64,000 nucleotides of DNA, from positions 480,001 to 544,000 of the forward strand of contig CAWDYW010000003.1 in assembly GCA_963806855.1 (NCBI GenBank), read 5' to 3'. Made by a program: the position numbers and the translations under genes. This document shows, piece by piece, positions 30,141 through 40,220 of the stretch. This DNA comes from an uncultured Verrucomicrobiae bacterium. Its GTDB lineage: Bacteria; Chlamydiota; Chlamydiia; Chlamydiales; Rhabdochlamydiaceae. Numbering within the stretch: position 1 is the first letter of the stretch; every line of letters begins with the position of its first letter. Below the pieces are notes generated by a model. The model made no database searches. It was not told the DNA's origin and was given only the letters and a program-made list of their open reading frames with translations.

Positions 30141-32143
30141 TGAGTTCTCAAGTGGCCTCTACAGTTGAAATCAAAACGCTTGAGGCGATGTATCTTACCC
30201 GTTTTCTCGATGAGAAAATGATGAAGATGGCTCGGCAGAACAAGGGGGGGACATTCCACCTCTCGAGTTTGGGCCATGAGATGATCGGGACCATGTGCGG
30301 GCTATCGCTTAAGGCTGGCCACGATTGGGCCCTTCCCTATTATCGGGATCGCCCTTTTGCCGTTGGATTTGGGGTCGATTTAAAGGAGATGATCGCCGCC
30401 TTTTTAGCTCGCGAAATCCCCACCCATTCAGGCGGTCGGATGATGCCTGAACATTTTACCCATAAATCGATGCATATTCCTTGCCAGTCGAGCGTTGTTG
30501 GATCGCAGTTTCTGCAGGCAGTGGGAGTTGCGAAGGGGATTCAGCTGACGGGGCGCGACCAGATTGTCTACGTCTCAGGCGGCGATGGCTCGACATCACA
30601 AGGGGATTTCCACGAAGCGCTCAATTTTGCCACCATTCACCAGCTGAAGATCCTCTTTGTCATCCAAGACAACGGCTGGGCGATTTCGGTTCCGGTGCAT
30701 GAGCAGACAGCGGGGGGCTCGATTGCCAAGATGGCCCGCGGCTATGAGGGACTCGATGTGCACGAGATCGACGGGTGTGATTTTGAAGAGATCTCATCAG
30801 CTCTTAGCGCCTCGCTCTGCAAAAATGGACCGAGTCTGATTGTCGCCAAAATTCCCCGCATTGGACCACACAGCAGCAGCGACGACCCGAAAAAATATAA
30901 GAATGAGCAGATGCAGCTCGAAGACAAAATGCTCGATCCGATTCCCCGATTTGAAGCGTGGCTGCAGGAGATGGAGATCCTTTCTAAAGAAGAGATGGAG
31001 ACCCTACGCGCTGACTGTTTTAATCGAGTCGAACTGGCAGCTGAAGAGGCTGACCTAGAAGCTCACCCTGTCAAAGAGGTCCATGCCTCAAAAGTCTTCC
31101 TGGATGTTCCTGAGGTCGATTTTCCCGAAAAAGAAGTCGCCGACACCTCCGAAGCCGTCGTGATGGTTGACGCCCTCAATGAAGCTCTTCGAGAAGAGAT
31201 GCAGCGCGATCCAGGGATCGTCGTCTTCGGACAAGATGTGGCCCGTGGCAAAGGGGGAGTCTTCGGAGTGACACGTGAGCTCACCGCTCTCTTTGGCGAA
31301 AAACGGTGCTTCAATACTCCGCTCGCTGAGTCGACCATCATGGGTCTTTCACTTGGCATGTCGCTCGTCGAGCCGCTCAAACCGGTTGCCGAAATCCAGT
31401 TCGCCGATTATATCTGGACCGGCATCAACCAGCTCTTCAATGAAATCGCCTCCACCCTCTACCGCTCCAATGGTCAATGGAGTTGCCCTATCGTGATCCG
31501 CATGCCCTATGGCGGTTACATCCAAGGGGGCCCCTACCATTCGCAGAGCATCGAAGCCTTCCTCGCCCATTGCCCCGGCCTAAAAGTGGTCATCCCCAGC
31601 AACGCAGCAGATGCCAAACGGCTCCTCAAAGCCTCCATCCGCGACCCCAACCCGGTGATCTTCCTCGAACATAAAGGACTCTATCGACAACGCGTCTTCT
31701 GCGCACGTCGCTCGCCCGGAAAAGAGGAAATCCTCCCTCTTGGAAAAGCCAACATCGTCCGCGAAGGGACCGACGTCACCCTCGTCGGCTACGGGATGAT
31801 GATCTTCATGGCGGTCGAAGTGGCTGAAAAACTGGCTCGCGAAGGCATTTCAGTTGAAATTATCGATCTTCGCACCATTGTCCCTCTCGATGAAGAGTCG
31901 ATTGCCAAATCGGTGCGCAAAACAGGCAAACTGGTCATCGCCCATGAGGCGCCAGGCAATTGCGGTTTTGGAGCCGAGATTGCCGCCCGCATCTGTGAAA
32001 AGCAATTTGCCTATCTCGATGCACCCATTGTCCGAGTGACCGGCGCTAACTGTCCAGTTCCGTATAGCAAGATTCTTGAAGATGAAGTACTGCCGCAGAC
32101 TCAAGATTTAGAGCGGGCGCTGCGCGATTTAGCCCTCTTCTGA
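30140..32143 (+). CDS. 2-oxoacid (branched-chain) dehydrogenase E1 alpha/beta fusion
   Basis: PYYRD, GDGSTSQGDFHE, HSSSDDP, FNTPLAE, GGPYHSQS. Confidence 0.94.
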   Translation: MSSQVASTVEIKTLEAMYLTRFLDEKMMKMARQNKGGTFHLSSLGHEMIGTMCGLSLKAGHDWALPYYRDRPFAVGFGVDLKEMIAAFLAREIPTHSGGRMMPEHFTHKSMHIPCQSSVVGSQFLQAVGVAKGIQLTGRDQIVYVSGGDGSTSQGDFHEALNFATIHQLKILFVIQDNGWAISVPVHEQTAGGSIAKMARGYEGLDVHEIDGCDFEEISSALSASLCKNGPSLIVAKIPRIGPHSSSDDPKKYKNEQMQLEDKMLDPIPRFEAWLQEMEILSKEEMETLRADCFNRVELAAEEADLEAHPVKEVHASKVFLDVPEVDFPEKEVADTSEAVVMVDALNEALREEMQRDPGIVVFGQDVARGKGGVFGVTRELTALFGEKRCFNTPLAESTIMGLSLGMSLVEPLKPVAEIQFADYIWTGINQLFNEIASTLYRSNGQWSCPIVIRMPYGGYIQGGPYHSQSIEAFLAHCPGLKVVIPSNAADAKRLLKASIRDPNPVIFLEHKGLYRQRVFCARRSPGKEEILPLGKANIVREGTDVTLVGYGMMIFMAVEVAEKLAREGISVEIIDLRTIVPLDEESIAKSVRKTGKLVIAHEAPGNCGFGAEIAARICEKQFAYLDAPIVRVTGANCPVPYSKILEDEVLPQTQDLERALRDLALF

Positions 32144-32403
32144 GAACGGGCATACTCGACCACTTTTCTCTCTACAGCTTCTCTTTTCAATGACTCAATC
32201 GATCTTTTCCGATTGTCCATATCCAATTGTGCTTGTCGATGCATGAGACGAGCGAGCAGACTCTCTTGAGTTTTTTCAAGAGCTTCCACTTCATGTGTAA
32301 AATGATGACTCATTTTTGCAGAATTTAATGCTTCCGCAATTGTAATCAGTTCATTCAACGTGGCATCAATATCTGCCAATATGTCGGCATTTACTTCTCG
32401 CAT
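32101..32403 (-). CDS. Small helical hypothetical protein
   Basis: 100-aa ORF, divergent from yycJ, overlapping the E1 3' end. Confidence 0.65.
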   Translation of the reverse strand: MREVNADILADIDATLNELITIAEALNSAKMSHHFTHEVEALEKTQESLLARLMHRQAQLDMDNRKRSIESLKREAVERKVVEYARSQKRAKSRSARSKS

Positions 32404-32509
32404 AATTCAACTTATATGAAATTAATTTTTGTTGTGTCAAATAAAAAATATCTTGCGCTCTTTTTACATAACTGTTACAAATTTGGAATTATTAGTTTAG
32501 AGAGTATTC

Positions 32510-33283
32510 ATGAAAGGATTTTGCCCACTAGCTTCTGGCTCGAAAGGGAACGCAATTTTTATTGGAACAGACCATACAAAAGTGCTTATTGATGCTGGAA
32601 TTTCCGCCCGAATGCTCGAAAAAAAGTTGGCCGAAATCAATGTTGACCTCTCCGATATCGATGCAATCGTCGTCACCCACGAACATACCGATCACATCAG
32701 CGGTCTGGCGACCCTCGGCTGCAAAATGGGCTTCCCCGTTTTTGCCAACAGCGACACCGCCCGCGCCATCTACGAAATCCTCGGCGACGCCCCTAAATTT
32801 AAGATCTTTTCCACTGGTGAAAAATTTGAGTTCGGCGACCTCGAGTTCGATCCCTTTAGCATCCAACATGACGCCGTCGACCCTGTAGGCTTCATCGTCC
32901 GTGCCGGATCGAACAAAATTGGAGTATGTGCAGATCTAGGATTTGCTTCCTCATTAGTAACAAGTAAATTACAGAATTGTGATTATTTGTATTTAGAAGC
33001 GAACCACCAAGTTTCGATGGTCCATTCAAGCACCCGCCCCGCCGTTTACAAACAGCGAGTGCTCGGCCGCCTTGGCCACCTCTCGAATGATCAATGTGCC
33101 GAGCTGCTCAAAGAGATCATGCACCCCAAATTGAAGCATGTCTACCTGGCTCACCTCTCCAGCGAGTGCAATACTCCCGAAGTGGCCAAAATGGTCATCG
33201 CCTCGATGCTCTCAGAAGAGGATGCAGCGGTAGAAGTGTCGATTGCCCACCAAGATGCAGTGAGCCATGCCCTGGTTTTTTAG
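32510..33283 (+). CDS. yycJ: MBL-fold metallo-hydrolase (YycJ/WalJ family)
   Basis: LASGSKGN, THEHTDH, HDA.DP, LEANH, GHLSN, LAHLSSECN. Confidence 0.92.
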   Translation: MKGFCPLASGSKGNAIFIGTDHTKVLIDAGISARMLEKKLAEINVDLSDIDAIVVTHEHTDHISGLATLGCKMGFPVFANSDTARAIYEILGDAPKFKIFSTGEKFEFGDLEFDPFSIQHDAVDPVGFIVRAGSNKIGVCADLGFASSLVTSKLQNCDYLYLEANHQVSMVHSSTRPAVYKQRVLGRLGHLSNDQCAELLKEIMHPKLKHVYLAHLSSECNTPEVAKMVIASMLSEEDAAVEVSIAHQDAVSHALVF

Positions 33284-33285
33284 CA

Positions 33286-33933
33286 TTAGGATTGAGCCGA
33301 TCGTTGAGCTGGAAGAGCGACTGGATGATAAAAATCAGGTGCCATATAATTACTCATCGCCCTTTCAATTTTGCTGAACAGCTTCCGTCCGTTATTTGGA
33401 TTAATTAATCCAATAATTAATGCTGATTCTAAACCAATTAGAGCAAGTGGAGTCGCGACAATACGCAATAGATCTTTCCCTGCTTCTGAGAAGTTTGCTT
33501 TGGTGAATCCCCCATTCCAGAAGTGAAAGCCTATGAGCAGAAACGCAATCCTTCTTACCGCTAAGCCCAGGTATAATAATGTTCCTATGGTGGGGAAAAA
33601 AAGGGTGCCCTTCAGATGGTCCATTCGAAGGTTAGGACGATTTCTATAAAATTCATTTGCGGCTCTGTCCTTTACTAAAGTTTGAGGGCCGAACTGAACA
33701 ATCTCCCAATTATCCTTACTAAAATCCTTGATCAATTTCCTAATCTTTTTACCTATTAGAGGATTTTTCACTTTGCTCCATTGGCGACTAACCCAATGCT
33801 GAATTCCTTTATCAGATGGAATTGTAACTCTTTTATCCGCATCCTTAGCAAGAAGTGGTTGTAATTCATTTCCCTTATTCAGGTTCCTAATGGATGCCTG
33901 CGGTTCATGATTTGAGTTATTAACTGAACTCAT
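33286..33933 (-). CDS. Hypothetical membrane-associated protein (putative effector)
   Basis: Ser/Asn-rich N-terminus, hydrophobic C-half, SD GGAGG. Confidence 0.75.
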   Translation of the reverse strand: MSSVNNSNHEPQASIRNLNKGNELQPLLAKDADKRVTIPSDKGIQHWVSRQWSKVKNPLIGKKIRKLIKDFSKDNWEIVQFGPQTLVKDRAANEFYRNRPNLRMDHLKGTLFFPTIGTLLYLGLAVRRIAFLLIGFHFWNGGFTKANFSEAGKDLLRIVATPLALIGLESALIIGLINPNNGRKLFSKIERAMSNYMAPDFYHPVALPAQRSAQS

Positions 33934-33963
33934 ATAATCCTCCGTTAATTAATTATAAATCTA

Positions 33964-33992
33964 ATTATATATAAATGATTAATTTATGTCAA
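33964..33992 (-). promoter_or_regulatory. Consensus sigma66/70 promoter
   Basis: TTGACA-N17-TATAAT on the minus strand. Confidence 0.8.
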
Positions 33993-34200
33993 TTTAAAAT
34001 TTAAATGCAGAAATGTTCTGTCATCGAAAAATTTGAAGCAATTTTTCTGTAAATGCCTAAATATCAGTTAATTGCATTGATTTCGTCCATAGTTATGGAT
34101 ATAATTACCCTTATATCTTAGCCAATAGGATGGGCACAATGTGGATCTCCATAGAGAAAGAGCTCAAAATATAGAAGGAATCTCCCAAAACGACACTCTC

Positions 34201-34296
34201 CTTTGACCCTATCCGCAATGTAGAGGAAAAAATCTGGGGGATCTTTTCAAAATCTCCCCCCATCTTTTTTCCTCTACATTGCGGATAGGGTCTTTG
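34201..34296. mobile_element. 86-bp palindromic MITE-like element with 5-bp flanking direct repeat
   Basis: CTTTG|ACCCTATCCGCAATGTAGAGGAAAAAA...TTTTTTCCTCTACATTGCGGATAGGGT|CTTTG. Confidence 0.75.
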
Positions 34297-34422
34297 AGCA
34301 GAATCAGATTGGCTTTTTAAATATTAAGGAAAATTGATATTCTAAGTACCCTCCGTTAATCTAAATATTGATTTTTTTCATATTAGAGTTGAGGGGTAAG
34401 AGAGCTAAAAATAAGGATATCT

Positions 34423-35394
34423 ATGAACAGTGTTTCCCCAAATGATCGACAGCTATCCACCTATGTTTTTCCAGGTGCTGAGGAGGTCATTAGACAGCAT
34501 AATATGATTCTTGAAGTTCCAATGGAATTGATAGAAAAAGTCTTTGGATATACGAATAGCTATGCGGATCAGAGAGCTATTCAGTTAGTATGCAAAACAT
34601 GGCGTAACCTTATTAATACCCCTGCTCTGATCAAAAAAATTGAGTGGAATATAATGCTCCGCTTTTTGCCTGCACAGGATATCCGTAGATTCAAACCAAT
34701 ATTCTCATCTGTATTATCCGATTCATATTTAAAAGATGGGAGAGATAGAGTTAAATCGCTTAGATCAGTTGTGAAGGAAATTCAACATTTTAATAGCACT
34801 CCTAAAGTAGAAAAAGCATTAGTTCAATGGGATAGCTGTCCAATAAAAATCGCATCAGTTTGTAATGATTGTAGGCCTAAACTTATGGCGTTGTTAAACT
34901 ATTATACATTGGCATTAGATTGCGTTAAAAAGCTTCAAAGTGAGCAATTAATTAAAAATTTGGAGCGAATTTCTGAATTAGAAAGAAATATATTAGAAAA
35001 TTACAATGGACTAGAATCGGAGCTTAAAGCATGTGTTGAGTTATTCAGGGATGTAATGCTTTCCAATGCGCAGGAGTATTATGATATTTCTCAGAACATT
35101 AAGGCTCAAACAGATGTTAATGCAAATCTGTCTCATTTAGAGCGTGACTTAGAGAATTGTGAAAAAATGCAAAATTTGTTATGGGGAATTTCGAATTTTG
35201 TGGAAAACATTCAATATTCGATAAAACATAGGATAGCGCAACTTGAACGCGGAAGGGACGGTCTTGATCCCGCTTTAATGAGGTTGGAAAACGGACGTTT
35301 CTTGGTGAGTTGTTTGGGTTACAGCTTTTTAGAATGTCAAAATTGTGCAGATATCAACAACATGCTCATTGAAGAATTTAAGATAGAAGTTTAA
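34423..35394 (+). CDS. F-box protein with coiled-coil C-terminus (putative effector)
   Basis: ILEVPMELIEKVFGY...IQLVCKTWRNL. Confidence 0.85.
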   Translation: MNSVSPNDRQLSTYVFPGAEEVIRQHNMILEVPMELIEKVFGYTNSYADQRAIQLVCKTWRNLINTPALIKKIEWNIMLRFLPAQDIRRFKPIFSSVLSDSYLKDGRDRVKSLRSVVKEIQHFNSTPKVEKALVQWDSCPIKIASVCNDCRPKLMALLNYYTLALDCVKKLQSEQLIKNLERISELERNILENYNGLESELKACVELFRDVMLSNAQEYYDISQNIKAQTDVNANLSHLERDLENCEKMQNLLWGISNFVENIQYSIKHRIAQLERGRDGLDPALMRLENGRFLVSCLGYSFLECQNCADINNMLIEEFKIEV

Positions 35395-35471
35395 AGGTAA
35401 TATTAGTGCAGGCCATTATCAATTAATTTTATTCTTGCGACTTTGCGGTCTGGCGGTCTTCATAATAATAT

Positions 35472-35497
35472 AAAAAACCCGGTCATTTCTGACCGGG
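35472..35497 (-). terminator. Intrinsic terminator of the porin cluster
   Basis: CCCGGTCA-loop-TGACCGGG followed by a T-run on the minus strand. Confidence 0.8.
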
Positions 35498-35526
35498 CCA
35501 AAAAATCAAAATGGAACGGGTATCCC

Positions 35527-36588
35527 TCAGAAGTCGAACTGAGCTTTAACTGAAAGTCCCTGGTAATTAAATGTTCTCAAAGGTAAGCCATCAGACAAGT
35601 CAACAACAACGATATAGTTAGTCATCATATCATAGCCAACCGATAAATCCATATGATAGCTGCAGTCACAGAGATATGTTCCCCATCCTAGACCAACACT
35701 GCCTTCATAAAACAGTTGGGTCACCCATGGTTGAGTGCGATTCGTCTGTGTGTTCACAAGTCCAGGGAAAGGACCTAAAGGGGATACAACCGGTGGGTAA
35801 TTAGTTGAGACGCGATATTTGTTTGACCTACTATAAGTTGGATATAGACCTGCCTTACCATATAGATATGTTCCACACCAGAGCAGTCCTTTAATATCTG
35901 TGCTAAGATAAGGGCCAACTCCCCACCATCCTTGTTTAGTAAATTGTGTCCCCAGCGTTCCATTAATCACATTAAAAAACAGATCAAAATCAAGTGAAGC
36001 CCACCAAACCTTAACACCTACAGCAGGTTTTACAATTAGACGCTCGCTGAGATAGAAAGCCCTTCCAACCGTCGCTTGGAAGTAATTTAGATGTATTTTT
36101 TGCTTCATTTCTACAGAAGTGGAAGCGAGTGGAAAAAATGCGGGCACTAATTTTGGGAACACAAATCCATTTTGAGGGGCATTGAATCGCTTATTTGTTG
36201 TGTTGTAAAACCAAGTATACTCGGCATCAAAACTCCAGTTGTCAAACTGAGGCAATCCCATTCCAACTGCAATCTTAAATCCAGGTTTATAACCTTGTGT
36301 ATGAGCAATCAACTTTTGTGTTAAGACTCCAGTAGTTCCAAATTCCCAGATGGTCGCATCAACCGGGATATCATCTTGTTGGAATTTCCAATAGATGAAT
36401 TCTCCGCCAAGAGTATACACTGCGCAACAATTGCCAAATGTGAATTGCGCTGGGTAAAAATAACCGACAGGAAGCTGGCACGATTCAACAGGTTCTGGAG
36501 GAAGCAGTGGACAACAGTCTGCTGTATCCTCGGCATAAGCCAGAACGGGCAAACTTGCGACTAACAAGGTAAGGGTATTTTTCAACAT
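35527..36588 (-). CDS. MOMP-like / Lpg1974-type porin
   Basis: Signal peptide, Cys-rich, EFIYW, YKPGFKI, ends QGLSVKAQFDF. Confidence 0.85.
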   Translation of the reverse strand: MLKNTLTLLVASLPVLAYAEDTADCCPLLPPEPVESCQLPVGYFYPAQFTFGNCCAVYTLGGEFIYWKFQQDDIPVDATIWEFGTTGVLTQKLIAHTQGYKPGFKIAVGMGLPQFDNWSFDAEYTWFYNTTNKRFNAPQNGFVFPKLVPAFFPLASTSVEMKQKIHLNYFQATVGRAFYLSERLIVKPAVGVKVWWASLDFDLFFNVINGTLGTQFTKQGWWGVGPYLSTDIKGLLWCGTYLYGKAGLYPTYSRSNKYRVSTNYPPVVSPLGPFPGLVNTQTNRTQPWVTQLFYEGSVGLGWGTYLCDCSYHMDLSVGYDMMTNYIVVVDLSDGLPLRTFNYQGLSVKAQFDF

Positions 36589-36609
36589 ATTTGCTCCTAA
36601 TCTTTTGTT

Positions 36610-37752
36610 TTAAAAATCTAATCGTCCACCAACGCTAATTCCATGCATGCCGTATGAGACTTGAAGCATTCCATCGCCAACTTGATTGAAAAGAGCATGT
36701 CCAAAGTCAAAAATGTGCTGATAGATGAAATTATAGGTCAAAGATAAGTCGAGATGGTATTTATTACAGACAAAATATCCGCCCCAACCAATACCAATAT
36801 CTCCACCATGAGCCGCTTGGAAGTGGGGGATATTCCCTTTGCTCTTAACGGCATTATTGTCCTGAATAAATGGAATGCCTGTTGCGGGATCAACGGCCAT
36901 AGGAAAAGAGGTCCTTTGAAATCCTTTGTATACAGAAGCATATTGGATAGCTAAGTCAATACCTACAATTCCTTGAAAGCCCCAAGGCAAGAGACCTTTA
37001 GCTGTTACCCCTAGATTTGGACCAACAGCCCAGGTTTTATGATTGCTGAATATGGAGCCATTCGAAGTAAGCATACCAGGAGGTGGATTAGTAACGGCAA
37101 GGCAGTTGATGTTCCATTTAACACCATTCCATAAGCCTAAAATGCCGTAGTTGAGATTCATACAGATTCTCTTTCCTATATACACAGGCTTCTGTAAGGA
37201 AATGATGAATGAATCCAAATCAAAAGAGCGGCGTGATCTCACATTTCCAAACGCTACAGGAGCTGCAAAGGCATTGACAATATCAGGAGCTGCTAAAGTC
37301 AGTATTGTCTCACTGTTATTTGCAGATTGAAAATTGGAGGTAGTGCGAGAATGGTAGCGCAAATAGGTGACATCTAAAACAACTGGGCCTAAATCGACCC
37401 CTACAGCGACCCTAAAACCTGGACGATAAGGGGACCCTTGAAAGAGGTTGACTGAGGTGCGATTATCAAAAGTCGATTCTATAGCGAGATATGAAACTAC
37501 ATCGACATCTGTCGCTAAATAGAGGAAATCCCCGCTTGCGTAGATATCCCACCCGCAGCTGGGATTAATCGTTGCTGGGTAGGGATAGCCTGCATTGAGT
37601 AAGCAAGGATTTAAAGGCTCTCTTACAACAATTGAGGCTTCACAACATGGAAATTCAGAATTTTCTTCATTTGCAGTCAATGGACTCGGACCAAAAGTCA
37701 TATGGAAGATTCCTAGACTTAAGAGTGCGCACGACTTAGTTCTTTTTAGCAT
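36610..37752 (-). CDS. MOMP-like / Lpg1974-type porin
   Basis: DFLY, YRPGFRV, ends HGISVGGRLDF. Confidence 0.85.
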   Translation of the reverse strand: MLKRTKSCALLSLGIFHMTFGPSPLTANEENSEFPCCEASIVVREPLNPCLLNAGYPYPATINPSCGWDIYASGDFLYLATDVDVVSYLAIESTFDNRTSVNLFQGSPYRPGFRVAVGVDLGPVVLDVTYLRYHSRTTSNFQSANNSETILTLAAPDIVNAFAAPVAFGNVRSRRSFDLDSFIISLQKPVYIGKRICMNLNYGILGLWNGVKWNINCLAVTNPPPGMLTSNGSIFSNHKTWAVGPNLGVTAKGLLPWGFQGIVGIDLAIQYASVYKGFQRTSFPMAVDPATGIPFIQDNNAVKSKGNIPHFQAAHGGDIGIGWGGYFVCNKYHLDLSLTYNFIYQHIFDFGHALFNQVGDGMLQVSYGMHGISVGGRLDF

Positions 37753-37763
37753 TTTTTTCTCCT

Positions 37764-38822
37764 TTAAAAATCAAATTGGCCATGTAGAGTCAGTCCCATT
37801 AACATTGTGGGAGGTATGATAAACATTCCAACTGCAAACCCGTTCTTGCAGACATCTGCCAGAAAATCGAATGATGCCGAAAAATCTACATGATAGCGGT
37901 TGCAGCAGAGGTAGCTGCCCCAGCCAATACCCAGTCCCCCTTTGCCCAAAATATCGAGGTGCGGAATGTGTTGTTTCATCACATTAACCGGAAATTCGGG
38001 CGTTGGAACAGCTGGTGTAGATAATTGGAAAAATTTGTGTTGATAAGTATAAAGGATTCCGATATCTGCTTTTCCTATCAGATAGGTTCCCCATCCCATT
38101 AGGAAATAGCCATCAAATCCAGCTGCTATACCGACAGAAGAAAAGGAAAAAGAGGCGCGAACGCTATCAATTTGCCCGCTAGTGATAAGGGTACAATTTT
38201 GGGAGATCTTGTTATCTCTATGTAACCATTTCAAGCCGAGGAATGGGCTGAGAATGACTCTTTGTCCAAGATAGTTTGGTCTTTGAATACTAACGCCGAC
38301 AATATCATAATTAAAATCAGACTTGGTAGTGATAGAGTTGTAGTTCGGGAAAATGATAGGGGTTACATTGGGAAGCGTCGAAGCTAGATTAAATGGGGCC
38401 GCTGCTGAAAAAGTCTTGGTAAAATCATGATGATACCAGGTGTAATCTGCATTTAACATCCAATCATCAAAATTGTGAAGGATCATCCCAATGCCGACTC
38501 GGAATGCGGGACGATATCCCATTTTCTGAGCTAATTGATGAGATGTACTATCGGTAATGATCGGCGTGCCCTGACTCCTCAGTGCAACCCAGGCTGTTGA
38601 GCGTGTTGGCCTCCAATATAAAAATTCCCCCCATGTGTAGACATCCCAGCCGCAATTTAATTGGATACCGGCGTATTGTGAATAGATAGCGCAAGCCATG
38701 TCATCGCAGAGGGGCTCTTCAGCCAGATACTCAGGCATGCAACAATCTTCTGCATGCATGCTGGAGGGTGCTATTGCGATGAGGCTTGCAGCTAAGCCAA
38801 GAGCTATTTGTCTTTTCTTCAT
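37764..38822 (-). CDS. MOMP-like / Lpg1974-type porin
   Basis: EFLYW, YRPAFRVGIG, ends GLTLHGQFDF. Confidence 0.85.
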   Translation of the reverse strand: MKKRQIALGLAASLIAIAPSSMHAEDCCMPEYLAEEPLCDDMACAIYSQYAGIQLNCGWDVYTWGEFLYWRPTRSTAWVALRSQGTPIITDSTSHQLAQKMGYRPAFRVGIGMILHNFDDWMLNADYTWYHHDFTKTFSAAAPFNLASTLPNVTPIIFPNYNSITTKSDFNYDIVGVSIQRPNYLGQRVILSPFLGLKWLHRDNKISQNCTLITSGQIDSVRASFSFSSVGIAAGFDGYFLMGWGTYLIGKADIGILYTYQHKFFQLSTPAVPTPEFPVNVMKQHIPHLDILGKGGLGIGWGSYLCCNRYHVDFSASFDFLADVCKNGFAVGMFIIPPTMLMGLTLHGQFDF

Positions 38823-39035
38823 TCTCTATCCTCGGATAAAAATTTAATATTGGATCACAATATACAAAAATTTACTGATTTAATGTAAGCAATATTTTTC
38901 TTGAATGGTGCGTGTTATATATATATGAGTGACTTACGACTTCAGCAGGTATGACACCTCCCTGAATAATATAATCAAACCAAAACAACCGGTTGTTTTG
39001 CCAAGACGCTAATAATAAATTAGTTATGAATCAAT

Positions 39036-39161
39036 TCCAGCGAGTGCACTACTCCCGAAGTGGCCAAAATGGTCATCTCCTCGATGCTCTCAGAAGAAGA
39101 TGCAGCGGTAGAAGTGTCGATTCCCCACCAAGATATAGTGAGCCATGCATTAGTGTTTTAG
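39036..39161 (+). repeat. Displaced copy of the yycJ 3' end (126 bp)
   Basis: 116/126 identical to 33158-33283, ending exactly at the stop codon. Confidence 0.95.
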
Positions 39162-39166
39162 TGTTC

Positions 39167-40000
39167 TTAGAGACCTTGCAATTTTCTCTCTAATAATTCT
39201 TTATTCAAGTTCAAGTAATATTGGAAGCGGGGGTCGAGTTTTAAAGATTTCGCTTCTTCAATTGCCTCTAGAGTTTTTAAGATCTGATCTTTCGAAACAG
39301 GCTCTCCAAGGTATAAGATTTTTCTTGCTTCTTCTAATAGATGCTGCACGACATCTTCCTCGTCGTTTATTGTGAACGTTTCACCTTCTAAATTCTTTAG
39401 TTCGTAATCCAATTCTTCGGAGTCAGAACCTAGGGGCTTTTCTTGGAAATTCTCTATATCCGAATCAGACTCATCCGTGTTTGGAACCATTGGTTGTAAT
39501 TCACTCATGATGATTTCGATTTCTCTTGCAATCTCTGGTGCCACATCTTCCAATTCCAAGTTCTTTAGGTCATGGAGGATTTTATTCATTTTTTGGAGTG
39601 AAGTATTGGCTGGATTCCGGGTCACTTTTCGAGCTTTATCTAGCACAGTCTGAGCTCTTCCCTGACGCAGGTCTTTTTCGATTGGATGAATCACATACTT
39701 TGATATGCTGCGTGATTTAAGGCTTTCGATTAGCTTTAGCCCTCCCTCAAAATCATCTTGGGAGATTTCTTCCTGCCTAGAGATTTTTTTGGCTTGATTT
39801 AATAGGGTTTCAGTTGGTTCTTGTTCGATGTCGTCTGGACTTCTAGGCCGCGTCGCTTTTGCACTTATATTGCTCGACATTTGTGCATTGATCGCTCTAT
39901 CAAAGGTGCTCTTAATTTTAGGAGAGCTAGGTGCCTTCTCAGGCTTTGCCAGATCAGAGTGGCTTGTGTTTTTTTTTGTAATTGAAAATTCAACTGACAT
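39167..40000 (-). CDS. Hypothetical helical/acidic protein (putative effector)
   Basis: 277 aa, SD AGGAG, TTGATT-N17-TATAAT upstream, recurring L..A(K/R)K(I/V) segments. Confidence 0.75.
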   Translation of the reverse strand: MSVEFSITKKNTSHSDLAKPEKAPSSPKIKSTFDRAINAQMSSNISAKATRPRSPDDIEQEPTETLLNQAKKISRQEEISQDDFEGGLKLIESLKSRSISKYVIHPIEKDLRQGRAQTVLDKARKVTRNPANTSLQKMNKILHDLKNLELEDVAPEIAREIEIIMSELQPMVPNTDESDSDIENFQEKPLGSDSEELDYELKNLEGETFTINDEEDVVQHLLEEARKILYLGEPVSKDQILKTLEAIEEAKSLKLDPRFQYYLNLNKELLERKLQGL

Positions 40001-40150
40001 ATTAAACTCCTGATTAACTTTATAATATTAATTATATATTAATTTTAAATTTAAATCAAGTTATTTTTATAAATAGTTCGTCGGCATATTATTGTCTTAA
40101 GTAATTGATTATATATTGTTTAAGATAAGAAATATTCTGGTTTGCCAGCA

Positions 40151-40203
40151 TAGAAGTGTCAATTGCCCACCAAGATATAGTGAGCCATGCTCTTGTTTTT
40201 TAG
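40151..40203 (+). repeat. Displaced copy of the yycJ 3' end (53 bp)
   Basis: 48/53 identical to 33231-33283, ending at the stop codon. Confidence 0.92.
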
Positions 40204-40220
40204 AGCGCACCTATCTCTCT

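Noticed and set aside
38993..39193. 66-aa ORF resembling ORF 33094-33408
   Set aside because: It is an off-frame translation of the duplicated yycJ tail, not a gene.
40098..40110. IHF-consensus match TAAGTAATTGATT near a displaced tail
   Set aside because: Expected by chance in very AT-rich DNA and not found at an equivalent position at the other tails.
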